Positions 29,890-44,400 of a stretch of 64,000 bases of DNA are shown here, piece by piece. Both the position numbers and the translations under genes were made by a program. The DNA lies in the NCBI RefSeq assembly GCF_002571385.2, contig NW_019217824.1, positions 531,547 through 595,546 on the forward strand, given 5' to 3'. Below the pieces are notes generated by a model. The model saw nothing but the letters and a program-made list of their open reading frames with translations. It made no database searches and was not told the DNA's origin. The DNA is from Stylophora pistillata (taxonomy: Eukaryota). Positions within the stretch are counted from its first letter, which is position 1, and the number at the start of each line of letters is the position of its first letter.

Positions 29890-32487
29890 GTGACCCTGAC
29901 GTTATTCATATGATTATTGCTCAATTTGATCTAACTTTGTCACCTTTCAAAATATGTTACAGGAAAGATTTAAGGTCAAAGTTTGTGGAAAATAATTAAC
30001 TTTTGAGAGAGCATTCGAAAGTTAACATGTGTACCCTTCTAGATTCTAGATCATCAAGCTAGTCATTCATTCTTGTTAAGTATTGACCTATTCAAATATC
30101 TCAAATTTTCTTGATGTCAATAGTTACTCTTTGACATGCCAAATGAATATTCACATTTTGTAGTTTCCTCAATAATACATGTACCTTAAACAGGGAAGCC
30201 AAATAAACAGATTTTATTTTCAGGTAGTAAATCCCCACCCACAAATTTAAATTTTTGATAAAAATTACCTATACATCACTGTCTACCGTAAAATAAGGAG
30301 ATTATCGATTAAACTATCAATATTGCTATTAATCAGTAATCATTTTGTTGTAATCTTTATCACTCTTGACTGATCAAAAGTATCTTAATACAATATCATT
30401 TGGTGCACTATTAATGTTATCGTGTATATCATAGAAATTGGACAGGTTTAAATAATTGTAGCTGTACATGAAAATTTTTGTAAATGTGTTCCTCTATATT
30501 TACCTCTATGTGCTCATACATTAAACGAAAGCTTGAAAAGCTTTAAACTTTGGGTTTTAAGTCCTATTAAGATGATATGGCATTGCTTACAAATCTGCAA
30601 GTATCAATTGCTTGCTTATGAATCAGTTAAACAGTCATTCTTTCACCTTTGTTTACTCAATTACAGGTTTCTTTAGGCCAGAGTGAGTGGCTGGAAAAAA
30701 CAAAAATTTCCACAACAAAAAAAAAAACAACTATTCCGATCCAAAAAAAAAACGTGGAAATATAATTTTCTTCTTTCTCCTCCCCTATAGATAAATTTCA
30801 ACTGACCTCTACTTGGGAGATATAAAAGCCGTTCGAGGAACAGGAAACTCTTATCTAACTCAGGATAGTTGAAATTTGTAAGTCTGCACTCTGAAGGTTT
30901 CGACAAAAAATAAGCGAAACATGAAGTTATTAAACAGGAAATGTAATAACGTTCAAACTGTTAAGAAGCCTGGCCCTGCCATTCTGAAGTGAATTTACTA
31001 ATTTTGTAATTCTCGGAAAAGAAACTTCCTCATCTCTGATCCTCCAAATTACTTTTGCAGAATATTGCTCACTACTTCACTCTTAGAAGCGAAAAATGCT
31101 ACTACTTGAAAATATATTTCTGTTTGCACAAAAATAATCATAGTTTCTTTTCCGAGACCGTGCATCGCAGTTAAATCCAAAATGATTGTAAAGCGAGCGA
31201 TGAACCACCGAAAAACAACACTGATGTTTTTTTTTATCAGTTAAACCTGTCCACTGAATTACTAAATTTAGAAGTACACAGTCGGTTGCATGAATAACCT
31301 AGCAAATACAAGATACCACAAGTTAGCAAATTACCTTGTTCCTAACGTCAATGAGAAGCAGGAAGTGTTTGACAGCTCTTTAAAACATCGAACGCCATCT
31401 ACCCGCGTTTCATTTAACCTAAATTTGGTGCCCAGGCTACGCCGACTAAGAAGATAGCGTAGCTCTGGAAACAAGTGTTCATTATGCTAAGATTCAAAAA
31501 CTTGTAGAAAAAGACTCAACCAAGCAAAACAAACAAAATGAGAAAAAAAGATATCACACAGCACAATTAACTTCTCGCAGTGTGATCTAGCCTTTAAATA
31601 TTACAAACCATTTGTGGGAATAGGGAGGTGCAATCAAGCAAAGTGCCATGATTCGTCGACGATAGCGGAGCACTTTGCCTGAAATGCGTTTTCCGTAAAA
31701 TAATTTTAAAAAGATTTGCTCAAATCCACCAGTTTCTTTACTGACCTTGCCCTTGGTGTCCTGTGTGAAAGAGCTCCCTGTGATAGGTCACATTCTGGAA
31801 AAAAGTTTGACCAATCAAATTACATTTCCTTTAGTTCTCTTTCAAGCGTTGTAGATCTATGGTCTGAGTATTGCAGCCAAGGAGGATCCTGTGAGCTGTG
31901 ATTTTGGACTTGTGCAAGCGGATTTCCGTCGTTTAGAAAGAATCGAAGGTAAGATACCATGTAACGAACATCAGTGAAGGTCTATAGGTCGAATGGTCAG
32001 GTATGTCTTGTATATATCAGGGGAAAAGTGAACCGTGCTAGCGCTCTCGAATGAAGCTAGTGTCTTTCAGCGCGTGCTTGCACATATTATTAGCTCTCGT
32101 CATTGAATTAAAAGAGATTCAAACCGACAAGATCATTGTTCAGATTGTATGCCCATTATTTTCTGTTTGGATATTAAGGGAACGTCGTTGGAAATTGTCA
32201 GAAATGAGCGGAATTTTCGACATATTTGAGTGTAATGTAACGCGGGTCACATGAGTGAAACGAGAAGTTGCGTGAGGTCGAAAACAACATGAAACACCAC
32301 ATTTCTATTGTTAGTTTTGACCAATCACATTCTTGTTTTGGTTAGCCGTGGGATATTTGTCGGTGAGCCAGCGAGTTTGTTTGAAGACACCTCTTTGTGC
32401 CTTTGTTCTCCGAGAGTTTCAAAATTTAATCGACTAAATTTCAAGTATTTGAAAAACGAAGCCTGTAAAACGTTTGGAAAAGGTGCA

Positions 32488-35400
32488 ATGGATACAGAGA
32501 AGAAACTGACTTCAAACGAAGTTGAATATTTAATGGTACCAAAGGTAAGGTTTTTCTTCACCCGGTTCCTTTCTTCGCGATGACGTGACAAAGAAATTGC
32601 TTACCAGCTGAATGAATTCGTTGGCTTTTATTTGTAGGAAACATTTTCATATTTCAGCAGTCGTGTATTAATTAGTCTTACTGAAAGCCCATAACCTATC
32701 GATAGGTGCATATATTACTGAAGGTTATCGTGTTTTTTTTTTTTATTCAAACTGGGGCAAATTGTTGAAACTGATCATTTAGTATAATTATACCCTTACC
32801 GAGACTGTGGCTCTTATTTCGAGATGAAACTCGCCCAAGTTAACTCATATTGCTCTTGTAAAGAGTCTCTAATTAAGCATTTAGATATGAAAGAAATCGT
32901 TGTTTGATGATGTAGATGTAATTCGTGATAGGAATTGCATAATTTTATGGTCATCCCGTGAACCATTGTTATGTCGAAACTTCAAGCTAAAGTGTGAATA
33001 TGCTACACATGAAATTTCAGGGTTAAGGAGGAAATTTATTGTTAAAATTTTAGGATTATTGACAATTTTTACACGTCTGATTTTTCCACAGTGCTGATTA
33101 ATAATTTGTAGAGTTTTGCTTGCATACCATTCTAATGATCAATTCCCAACACTGGAAGACCGATGAAGCGTATAATATTTACTCAATATATAAACTTCAA
33201 CGATCAGTGCTTACATGTATTGTGGACACAAGTTTGCACTAGAGTTAATCTTGGAATGACACTTTATTATCCAACAGTTCTCTACGCTGAAATCCCGACA
33301 TGCTGCATAGTCAAACTTGTAGGGCCCCTCAATATCATCGCAGCAACTTATTCACTTTCAAAAATTCATGTGGAAGACATAAATCCGTCATCTGTGAATG
33401 TAATATGTATTTCCCAAAATTTTAAGTGAAGTGATGGGCTTGTTGCTCTCATTAACTTTTTTTATTCTATCTTGAGATGGTCATTGTATCAATATTTGGA
33501 GACTAAAATGAAAAGTTAACTACAGTATATCTGTCGCCATCATGTTAGATGACTCTTGCACTTCAGCAGATTATTCATCCAAGTGGAATATTGTTTTGAC
33601 TGTGATATTTCTACCTTGATGATACATTCATCTTGGGTCACAGCGAAAACAAAGATAAACCTACTTTCAAAATATATAGTACAGTCAAGGTGATACATGT
33701 CAACATCACTTTTTGTGACACAAGTATACTATGATGAAAAATGTTCGTGAGGCATCCATCAACATTGGCCAGAAAAACTTTGTGACTCTTAATGTGTTTA
33801 ACATGACATTGAGTAAATTTGTTATACATGAAACATTTGAGTGAGCTGCATGTGTTTTGTACACTCTTTGTACCAGAGTTTTTTTTCCAAGTTTCATATC
33901 TTGTCTATCACATCTGTGGATGTTTTTCTCTTATTTCTTTTTACATGTACTTTGATTAAATATGGAGTTCTTGACCCTTTAACTCCCAGAAGTGAAATTT
34001 TAAAGATGTAACTTCTCCTTATAATATACATATGCTATCCAGCAGACAAGTAATGAGAATACTCAAACTTATCAGGTAGAAATTGTTATCTTGATATAAA
34101 ACCAAATTCTATTGACTAAATTACAAGGAAATGTGTAGAAGCTGGAGGGGGAAAATAACAATCAGATCTCAGGAGTTAAAGATTGAATACAAGTCTTGCT
34201 AAGGAAGTCAAAAGTTTATGAATTGAATACACAGACCATCAGAGTAATTAAATGTTGGTAAAGAAAATTGTATAAAATCTTAAATCAGGCAAATTACGGG
34301 AAGTGAAGGTGGTAAGGGACCTAACGTTATTTAAAGGGGGGGGGGACCAAAAATTTGTGTGCACATAAAAAGGGGGGACCAAATAAAATTCTGCAATATC
34401 AATACCAGCAAAATTGACTTTTTATGTTTTAATTGGAGACTCTGATAAACAAAAGACTCAATCTCAATCTAAACAAACAGTTTACAATTGAAAGTCCTTA
34501 AAGTATTTCATCCTCAGATTCCCTGCTTTCCCCTCTGTCACTTATATCTCCTTGTGCATCACTTTTAAAAAAGGTAGGATGGTATTCTTCATAACATTTC
34601 ATTTTGGTTTACATAAAATGTTTTGGTATAGTATCTTAGATCATTTTTTGAGTGCCAAAAAATTAATTTAAAGAATTATGGGGTGGGGGGGAACCAATAA
34701 AAAGTGTGTCCCCAATAAAGGGGGGACTTCAAGTTTTTGAGAAGTTTATTTCTCATTTCCACCAGCCCCCCCCCCCTCCTCTCCCTGTAAATTATGTTAG
34801 GTCCCTAATGCTAATGAACATGTCTAGATTTTCTCCCAATATCATTTGTTTTGTGACTGATAAGTGTATCCCAATATAGGAAGGCTGGGTCAAGAGTACT
34901 CCCAAAGACCCCTTGGAATTGAAGATGCCTTACCCCTCCCACCCATTTGACCAAAACTCTATTGGGATGGACACTCCTGATGGTTCAAAGGCATTCAAGA
35001 GAGACACTGCAAACAGGTAGTTGTATGTACAGAAGTTTTTACTCCAGTATTAATGTCACTGTGAGTCATTAAGGGTCATACAATTTGTCCAGGGAAGGGT
35101 AGTCCTGGGTGGGAGGGGGTACTTGGGTCAATTTCTGCTGGCTTTATGCCACTGGCTTCTCAGGACCATTACCCCATTATGGTCTATTATGTATAAAGGC
35201 TGATAGTTTCGAAAGAAACTGTTTGGGGCTGCGTCGGTGGGAGTAACGAAATAATTTGGATATATCAACAAAGTTGAAATGGTAAATTGGCCACCATAAT
35301 GATTACAAAAGCTGACATTTTGAGCGTTAGCCCTTCGTTGAGCATTAGCCCTTTGTCATTCGCTCCGACGAAGGGCTAACGCTCGAAACGTCAGCTTTTG

Positions 35401-38400
35401 TAATCATTACCGTGGCCAATTTACCATTTCAACTTTGTTGATATATCCAAATTATTTAGTCTATTATGTACCCAGTTATAGGCCCCATCTTAGTTGCTTA
35501 TGGGCAAATCTAATTTATACAATTCCATTGTGGTCACTTTCTGATTATGCATCTACATTTACAACAGCATGAAATAGAGTAACAAATTTTTCACTGTTGG
35601 TCTTTGTATTGTTAAATCCCCACTCACTAGACTTTTCTAACCCCCCAAAATTCCAAAAATATGCCACCCCATTCTGGTAACTCTAATGAATATGCAACCC
35701 TATTATAGTCAATACAGTCACAAGAATGTGACCCCATCCAGGGACACATCCCCATTAGCTACTATTAAGGCTAATAAGGGGAGTCCTCAAAAGGATTCTG
35801 GTTGGAAACAGTTATTGACATTTTGACACAATTACCTAAAAGCATATCAAAAAAATCATTCAATATCAACAACAGCAGTCCTAAAGGAATACCCTTGTTT
35901 GAGTGAACAATCAACTAATTGTCTTTAACTCCTGGGCAGTATTGTTGTATTGTTATTGCTCTTGTTGAATCTTATTACATGCTGCCAATCTTACCAGTAG
36001 TTATTTACCTTTTGGCTTGGAATGAAATGACCCTTCTTTTTGTTTCAGAGTGTTTGTGAATAGAAGTCTTAGTCTGGATAAGATCAAATTCTTTGGCTTT
36101 GATATGGACTATACTCTAGCAGGTATAACTTGATCAGTTTGTCGTACTTCGAGGTAATAACAAAACTATTTTTCAGAGGACTAATGATTTACTTACTACT
36201 TTTAAGTAGTAAGTAAAGACATTTAAATGTCTTTTGAGGTGGATACGCCAATTCTCTCAGACAAGTGTAATGTGTGATAAAACATGTGGATTAACTTTTG
36301 ATTCAAATTTCTTGCAGTGTACAAATCTCCTGTGTATGAAAAGAAAGCCTTTCGTTTAATCTGTGAAAGGTTAGCTTCCATTGGTTACCCAAAGGTATTT
36401 TGATTTCATTCATTAGTAAGTTTTGGTTTTTGATAAATGATAGACTATTTAACTTTTGCTGATTGATAATAATAACCATTTGAAACCTTTGAAATTGTTA
36501 ATAGCAGTTATAGTTTGCTACTGCTTTGTCCCTTCAAGATGTTTTTCTTTTTCTCCCTCCTCCAGCTCTTTAAAATTCTAGCCTGTGTAGAGCAACCCCC
36601 TTGCCTCCAAAAGAATATCAGGAACAGGCATCTGTGATTCTAAAGCTTCTTTGCCAAAAGCCACAGAATTTATATACTTGCATACTGCTCACGTAAAAGC
36701 AAATAATCATACTAACCTTTAAAACTGCTGAAAATAAATGAAAAATAGAACTTCTCTAAGGGGTGCCAAGATGTTATTTGGCAAACATATCAATTAGATG
36801 TTGTTACCTGGATATCAAAATAAATTTCCTCAACTACATGTAACTTATCAAACATTTAAGATACCACATTATGCATAGGATGTTGAAGGAAGACTTATTT
36901 TAACATGCAGCATGTTATTTAATTGATTGTTTTAATTGATGGGCCAAGGTTCCCTGCAATAACTTAGGGTTATTTTACATCACGTGTGTAAGATCAGTTT
37001 TAGATTATGTGATCCCTGTGTATTATTATTCACTCCCAAAGTATTTCATTAATGAGCTAGAGCGAGTCCTGAAGAGGGCTTTAAAAATCATGTGCCCTGG
37101 CCTCAGTTACGATGAGGCTCTTAGTCACATGGAGATAGCACCGCTTAGCATCCATCACAGTGATATTTGTGCCACACTTTTCAAAGACATCCTAAGCGAC
37201 TCAGATCATAGGTTACGGGCATTATTGCCACCTTCACATCAGGCTTGCAAATATTCGCTTCGACAAACATGCAATTTTGACAAATCCTAAAATAAACACG
37301 AAACGTGTAAGAAATAGTTTTATTATTGAGTCATGTTTTAATACAAATATGGTGTAAATTAATTTTAGATCTTGTAGGTGGCTTTTTGAACTTATTAGTA
37401 CTTTATTATATAGCATAATATTATATATTTAGTAATTTTATTATTTGTATTTCAACGGTACGTAGTTCAGCCCTAGGCTGCTATGTATTGTGTTTCAATA
37501 AAATCTATCTATCTATCTTAGTATCTATCTATCTATCTATTCTATCTAATGATAGTAGACTAAAATATCATCACTACTGTAACATTTTAAATTTTTTTTC
37601 AGGATGTACTTAACTTTGAATATGATGAATCATTCCCAGCTAGGTATGTATTTTGATTTGCATTCAACAGTGACACTCCATGGTTCATATTTACTTAAAA
37701 TTCTCATTCATTTCCAAAAGAGACTGATTGCAGGTCTCACGATAAAGTCAAAAATTACTGGTAGAGTTTTGCCCCTTCACTACACATTTAAAAATGTGCT
37801 CTCATTTCTCTTTTAGGGGTCTCTTCTTTGACTGTGAACTAGGAAATCTGTTGAAGGTACATGTTTGGAGAACTGACATTTAACAAGAAAAATATTGAAG
37901 AGCAAGCAAAGTTTATATTATCTAATGTATACTTAAAGCTCTTAGATATGCATGTCCAACAAATATTGCAGTGCAGAAGAAATGATATAAAATTGTTGAA
38001 TGTTAGTAAGCCTTTAGGTTAGCAAGGGGGGGGGGGGTTCCTGATACCATTCCACTCACAAATTTTAGAAAAAGTTAAGTGTCACATATTTATCATACAT
38101 TAAAAGAGAAAACTTCAATGAAATTTCTCTTCTTGCATGTGAGGTTTTAGGGAAATCTTGAAGTTTTCACTAAATGAAAGAAAAAAATCTTGGGTTACAT
38201 ATATTTCAGGAGGCAAACCTGCACTGGTTCATAACTTCCTGAGTCATACTTGCCTTTTTGTAACATTCATGCATCACATTAATTTTGCCCTTGATCACAC
38301 ATATGGTATAAATCCTTTGCCACCCCCTAGTAATGGTTAGGCCTTTGCATGACTTCCACTTGGTTATAAGGAATCAGTAACTAAAAGACTGTTACAACCA

Positions 38401-41400
38401 TATGAACTATCATGTGACTTTATCCTTGTAACAGTTTCAAGGTATTCCAAATGAGTTTTTGTTGATTTTTAGGTGGACACATATGGAAACATTCTTGTTT
38501 GTGTGCATGGTTTTAGGTTCTTAAGTGGGTACGTTGGCATTATCTTTTCAACATTTGTAATTTTTTTTTAACACTAAATCATCCCTTTACAACCTTTAAT
38601 TTCAAGCTTAACCAATATTCATGTAATAATATTTTGGTTGGTACAATGTACATTGTCCTTCTGATCAGTTTACTCAGTACTGAAAAATTATGTATCTGAT
38701 TTAGAATTCTGTTTTGTTTAAAATAATTATTTTTGTATTAACAGTTATGAAGTGAGGAAAGTGTACCCAAATAAGTTTGTCCAGGTAATTATAACTACAA
38801 CTTTGTACTAATTTTTTAATTTATATTTTCTCAAAATTTTGACAAAATGTGTAATTTTAATCAGTAGTAAGATATATAGTTGCAGGATGATTTTGTTACA
38901 CTGAACATGTTGTATTTTCCTTATCCCTTATGCCCTCTGTAGTCCCATATAACTTTGTTCAAACCTCTATTCATTAAAAGAACTGCACAATTATCTTACT
39001 CAAAGAAAGTTGTTGCTCAGTTCAGAATGATAATAGAACAAAGTGATCATGCTGTTTCATCATCATCTGATTTTAGGGCTGGAGAAACAATGATATGCCT
39101 CCTTGGAGAGTTGCAGTCATGAGATAAATGTGCATTTGACAGCACTCAGGATATGAGCATATCTTCAGTGATGCTAAAGGGATACAAATTATAGTTTTAG
39201 CAGTGTGCATGTATAAGAGCAGTACTTGTTGAAGTGCTCTCTGTAAATATTTCAGTTTTATGATAATTTATTATTAAAAAGAGTACCTTACTTTTATTTA
39301 CAGTCTGACTCTTCAAGATATTTTATATTGAATACATTATTCCACTTGCCAGGTAAATGGAATGATAAAGTGTTACTACTAGCTGTCACTGATTTTAGTT
39401 TAAGAACCTTCAACAACAAATTTCCTAATTTACAAAGTTACTCAGTTGGCGATACTGACAACTCAATATATGAGTACAGGTATGATGTTAAGTTCTAAAA
39501 ACTTTTTACATGTATGTGGACAATAATTAATATTTCCTTTTCCCCATGTAATTGATACACAGAAACACATTTGTTGGCCTGTCTAGTGGATTATTTTGAC
39601 AACTGTCCTGATTTTAAAAGGTAAGACAAAAACAAAGTAATTATGTATTTGATTAACTTAGTAATTAATTTTGATCAGTAAACAAACAAACAAGTTTATC
39701 AGTGTATCTACTACATATACATCAAGTCTTAGTGTATTGCAGTGCTAAATTTTTAAAATATTTTTTTTGTCATATTATTGTAATGTTTAGTTTAATTTCT
39801 TTATCTGGATTGTTGTTCAATCAATTACATATACATGACTATAATAAACTTGGGTTTAATTCATACATTTGACCAATCCTTAATCCTGAACAGGACAAAT
39901 AATGGTGTAACTAGCTCTGATCAGTTGCTTTTGACCTACAAAAGCATTCATCAAGATATTAGAGCAGCAGTAGACTGGGTGCACTTAAAGGTAATTGTAA
40001 CATGCTGCATGATTGTTCACATAAGTTACAACTGACACACATTTAGAGGCCTTAGAGACATGCATTTGGAACTCATAGAAAAGGTTACTTGTCAAACTTT
40101 TGACAAGTTTTTACAAGCATGTGTTACTGCCACATTTTGGGTTGTTTCAGTGAGGGTACACCCAATATACCCCCATTTACTTCCAACCAGCTGTCTTCTT
40201 ATCTTATGTACCTATTTTAAAAGACATGAGCTGTTAAATGTTGAGAAATATTCTTTCTTTCTATTGCAAATTCACAAACATTCTTGCATGATTTTACTGT
40301 TACAGTACTATATTGCAAATTCGCAAACATTCTTGTATGATTTTACTGTTACAGTACTGTATTGCAAATTCACAAACATTCTTTTGGGATTTTTCTGTAC
40401 TTTATCATTGTACTCCATTTAGGACTCATAGAAAAGGTTACTTGTAAAACTTTTGACAAGTTTCTCTCTATAAAATCTGTTGGGATTAATCTTGACACTC
40501 TCTGGCAACTATTACCAGATGAGTATACTATTTTGGAGTGGCTTTTTATTTTCATAGGGCACATTGAAGCAAATTACTGTAGACAATCTCGAGACTTACG
40601 TTATTAAAGAGGTCAGTACTCAATATTCCATCAGTGGTACAATTTTGTTGCATTTAGTTACTTGATATTCAAGTTCAAACAGAAAAGATTCTTAAACTTT
40701 TGAGAGTGCAATTTTAACCAAAAAAGCCACAGTCAGAATAATAAGTTGAAAAACCTACGGGTGATAACAAAAGATATCTGAAAAATTACCAGTATTATTG
40801 AGGTCTGTGTATAGATTAATACAACTCGTGCATAAGAAATTACCTTAAATCCCTTCTCCACCCTCCTCACATCCCCAATGAATAAAAATATATTTAATGA
40901 TCCGACCCCAATGGGAGTGTATGTCAAGGCAAGGTTATATCACTGCTGAGAGTCGCAGACCAATTTTATGCATCATTGTGTTCTACAGTTTTTCCAATCC
41001 CCAGCTTGGGGGTATTTTTTCAAAATTGTTTCTGTGTAGAGGTGTCCCTGCAGTTGCTATTTGTAAGCTTGTAGAGGTGGTGCCCACTCTTGTGTCATGG
41101 TTGTCATATTTTTGTTAATTCCTCTAGTTTAAAAAAAAAAAGCATGTTAATAATGTGTTTTGTTTTTGTTTCTTGCAGCCTAAACTTCCAAAATTACTAA
41201 TTAGGTATGTTCACTTTTTGAACCTATTTAAACAAAGTTTCTTTAGGTTAGTGTAGAGAAGAAATTAATCGTCGAAGGAGTGTTGTTTACTAATTTTTGT
41301 ATGTTTGTCTTCAATTCTTTTTAATGTAACAGAATGAGGCAAAGTAACCGCAAAACATTTATACTTACAAACAGTGACTTCTTATACACAGATGTAAGTT

Positions 41401-44400
41401 AATTTATTTGACGTGTATATTACCTTGGATACTATAAAATGATGAATAAAGATAGTCCATTATTTCCTTTGGCTTTGTCTAATAGCATTTGAAAGATAAC
41501 TGTTTAAACTAAACACTCTTTTTTTTGTCCTTTGCAGAAAATCATGTCCTTCTTGTTGAATGAAACTGATGAGGTATTCCTTATTTAAAAATGTACTGTT
41601 TTTAATTCAAAGTAGTAACCTGTAGTTCAGGAAATGCCTGTGTTCTGTTTGTTCTCATTTATATAACATTTCCTGTATTTCAGTCGGGAAAGACAATCAA
41701 GAAGTGGACATCTTATTTTGATTATGTTGGTGTAGATGCTAGAAAACCACTCTTCTTTGGAGAAGGTAGCAAGAGTATTTTGTTGCAAATTAATAGTATA
41801 GGTAGACCCATGCTGTGGGTCATTTCATTGCTTAAGTTGCTTTACAAGCAGTCTGATTTTTCTTGTTCATCCACCCTATCATCAGTAAAGAGTTAGACTA
41901 TAGGCTGGGTGCATACCGGTACCTCTCACTTAATATTCAATGCTGAACTCCCTTTATATTTGACAAGTGCAGCACAGGCCACACTTTTTGGCCCATCCAT
42001 CACTAACAGGATGTGTTGTTTCATCACCTTCAACTGTTACTTTGCAGTGTGTGCACGTGTTGCTGCCGCTGGTACCCTTAACATTGTTTTTGGATACACC
42101 CAATGATGCAAACTCCATTTACTTCCAACCAACTGTCTTCTCTTTGTAATATGTATGTTTATTTTCACAAGCATTCTTTTATGAATTTTACCCCTTTCAG
42201 GTACAGCACTGAGAAGGGTTGACACGGTAAGGACTTTGCCCCAGTCACATTGATCAATTTATCATAAAAATGTTTATTGTTATTGACATTATTGTTATTA
42301 TCATTATTAGCAGTAAAATCTGTTCAGTAATCATTATTACTGTTATCATTATTTTTTTTTCCCAGTAGACTTTTCAACTTAAAAAAAATTTAATGTTATT
42401 TGAAACCATTTTAAAACCTGTATTGATCTGGTTACTTCATAAATCCACGAGATTACTGTGTGGTTGATTTTCTCCCCTGGGGTGGGATGGGTGGGGCACA
42501 GTGTTGTAAGAATGGCACTGAAAAGCCCTATGAGGGAGTGGTCAATTAACATATGTATGTATGTATGTATGTATTTAATTTTGGTATTTTCCTTTGGAAT
42601 TATTTTTCCAGGAGACTGGAGCTCTTAGCATTGGGAGATACTCTGGTAAACTAAAGGAGGGACAAATATTCTCTGGAGGTAAAAAACTACCTGTAGAGGG
42701 CAACATTGCATTTATTTCTATTAGCTCTTCACTGTAAATCTCACAAGAGGTCTACACCTCATTCTACCTTAACAATTGATACAGCTCAGGCTATAAATTT
42801 GTTTGCCACCTGTTTTCTTCTTTTAGGTTCTTCAGATGTGTTTTGTAACCTTTTAGGTGCTGAAGGAAAGGTAAGAAGACTGTGTTATGCATTTTTTTCC
42901 AATTTATGTCATGTTTTAATGACAATAATTTCTCTCCTGCCAGGACATACTGTACATTGGGGACCACATTTTTGGTGATATCCTCAAATCCAAGAAAAAG
43001 CAAGGATGGAGGTAAAATGGAAATAAGCATATTTTTAATTGTTTGTGTGCAAGTGTGCCACACGTTTATGATATATGAGGAATTGGATATATGTTCAACC
43101 TGGAGGAAAAGAAGACTTAAATTTTTACAAAATACTTTGTAATGAAGAAAGGGAAAGACGACTACATGTAAGTTACACAATTATGAATTTAAAATATAAG
43201 GAAAATTATCAGAATAAAAAATTAGCTCCACTCTCAGTGGTAGGTTTTTGTTCTCTTCTGACCCCCTCCCAAGGCCTCTATGTTTAAATTATGAATGATG
43301 TATGTATATTGATAGTAGCCCAATATAAGTTAAATTATGAGAATATCCCACTAGGGTCAGCGATAGATTAAGGTAAGGGTGTGATATACGAAAACAATTA
43401 AGACCAGTACAAGCTGTGGCCAATGACTGAGGCCTTTGATACCAAATGGGAAACGCTCAGTCCTCTCTATTTATTCATCTATCTTGTCTGATCTTTCAGA
43501 ACATACCTTGTGATTCCAGAACTGACTCGAGAACTGGAGGTGTGGCAATCGAGACAAGGTTTGTTAGATTTACTTACCCAGTCTTCCACTTACATGGAAA
43601 TGTATATTTGGTGATGAAAAACATCCAGGCCAAATAAATAAGAGTTTTGTACTAGGGGGGAGGGGGTGCAGGGAGCTTATTAGGGAGAGGGACTTATCAT
43701 AGAGGAGGAGGGAGGCTTATCATAGTGGAAGAGGGAGGCTTATCATAGAGGAGGAGGAGGGCTTATCATAGAAGAAAAGAGAGGCTTATCATAGAGGAGG
43801 AGGAAGGCTTATCATAGTGGAAGAGGGAGGCTTATCATAGAAGAATAGGGAGGCTCATCATAGAGGAGGAGGGAGGCTTATCATAGTGGAAGAGGGAGGC
43901 TTATCATAGAAGAAAAGGGAGGCTTATCATAGAGGAGGAGGAGGGCTTATCATAGAAGAAAAGGGAGGCTTATCATAGGGAGGGAGGCTTATCATAGTGG
44001 AAGAAGGGGGCTTATCATAGAAGAAAAGGTAGGCTTATCATAGAGGAGGAGGGGGGCCTATCATAACGAAGGAGGAGGGGGGCTTATCATAGAGGAGGAG
44101 GAGGAGGGGGCTTATTGGAAACCTGATGTTCTTGACAGGAAACTTATCAGAGCGTTTACTTTAGCAGGACAGTGTGGCATGTCCCCAAGTACCGTGAAGA
44201 CTTAAGCCTAGGAAATGCTTCCGTTTCTCCTTACAGGTGCACTAGATAATAACATGTTTCTTGTTATTCCTTTTCAGATGTTTTCACAAAGCTTCGTGAT
44301 CTTGACATAGCACTAGCTGATACGTACAAGTAAGTTTACGTGATTAAGTAAAGACAGGCTCGTTGTAAATGGATTGATTGCTGCAAGTATAGTTATTAGT

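Noticed and set aside
31331-31400. Divergent gene upstream of NT5C2 (minus-strand AGATGGCG start and AG|GTAATT donor)
   Set aside because: The frame closes after 16 codons and no downstream exon could be supported.
41574-41683. U12-type intron in NT5C2 (GTATTCCTT donor)
   Set aside because: The donor has an extra T, there is no CCTTAAC branch point, and a normal pyrimidine tract is present.
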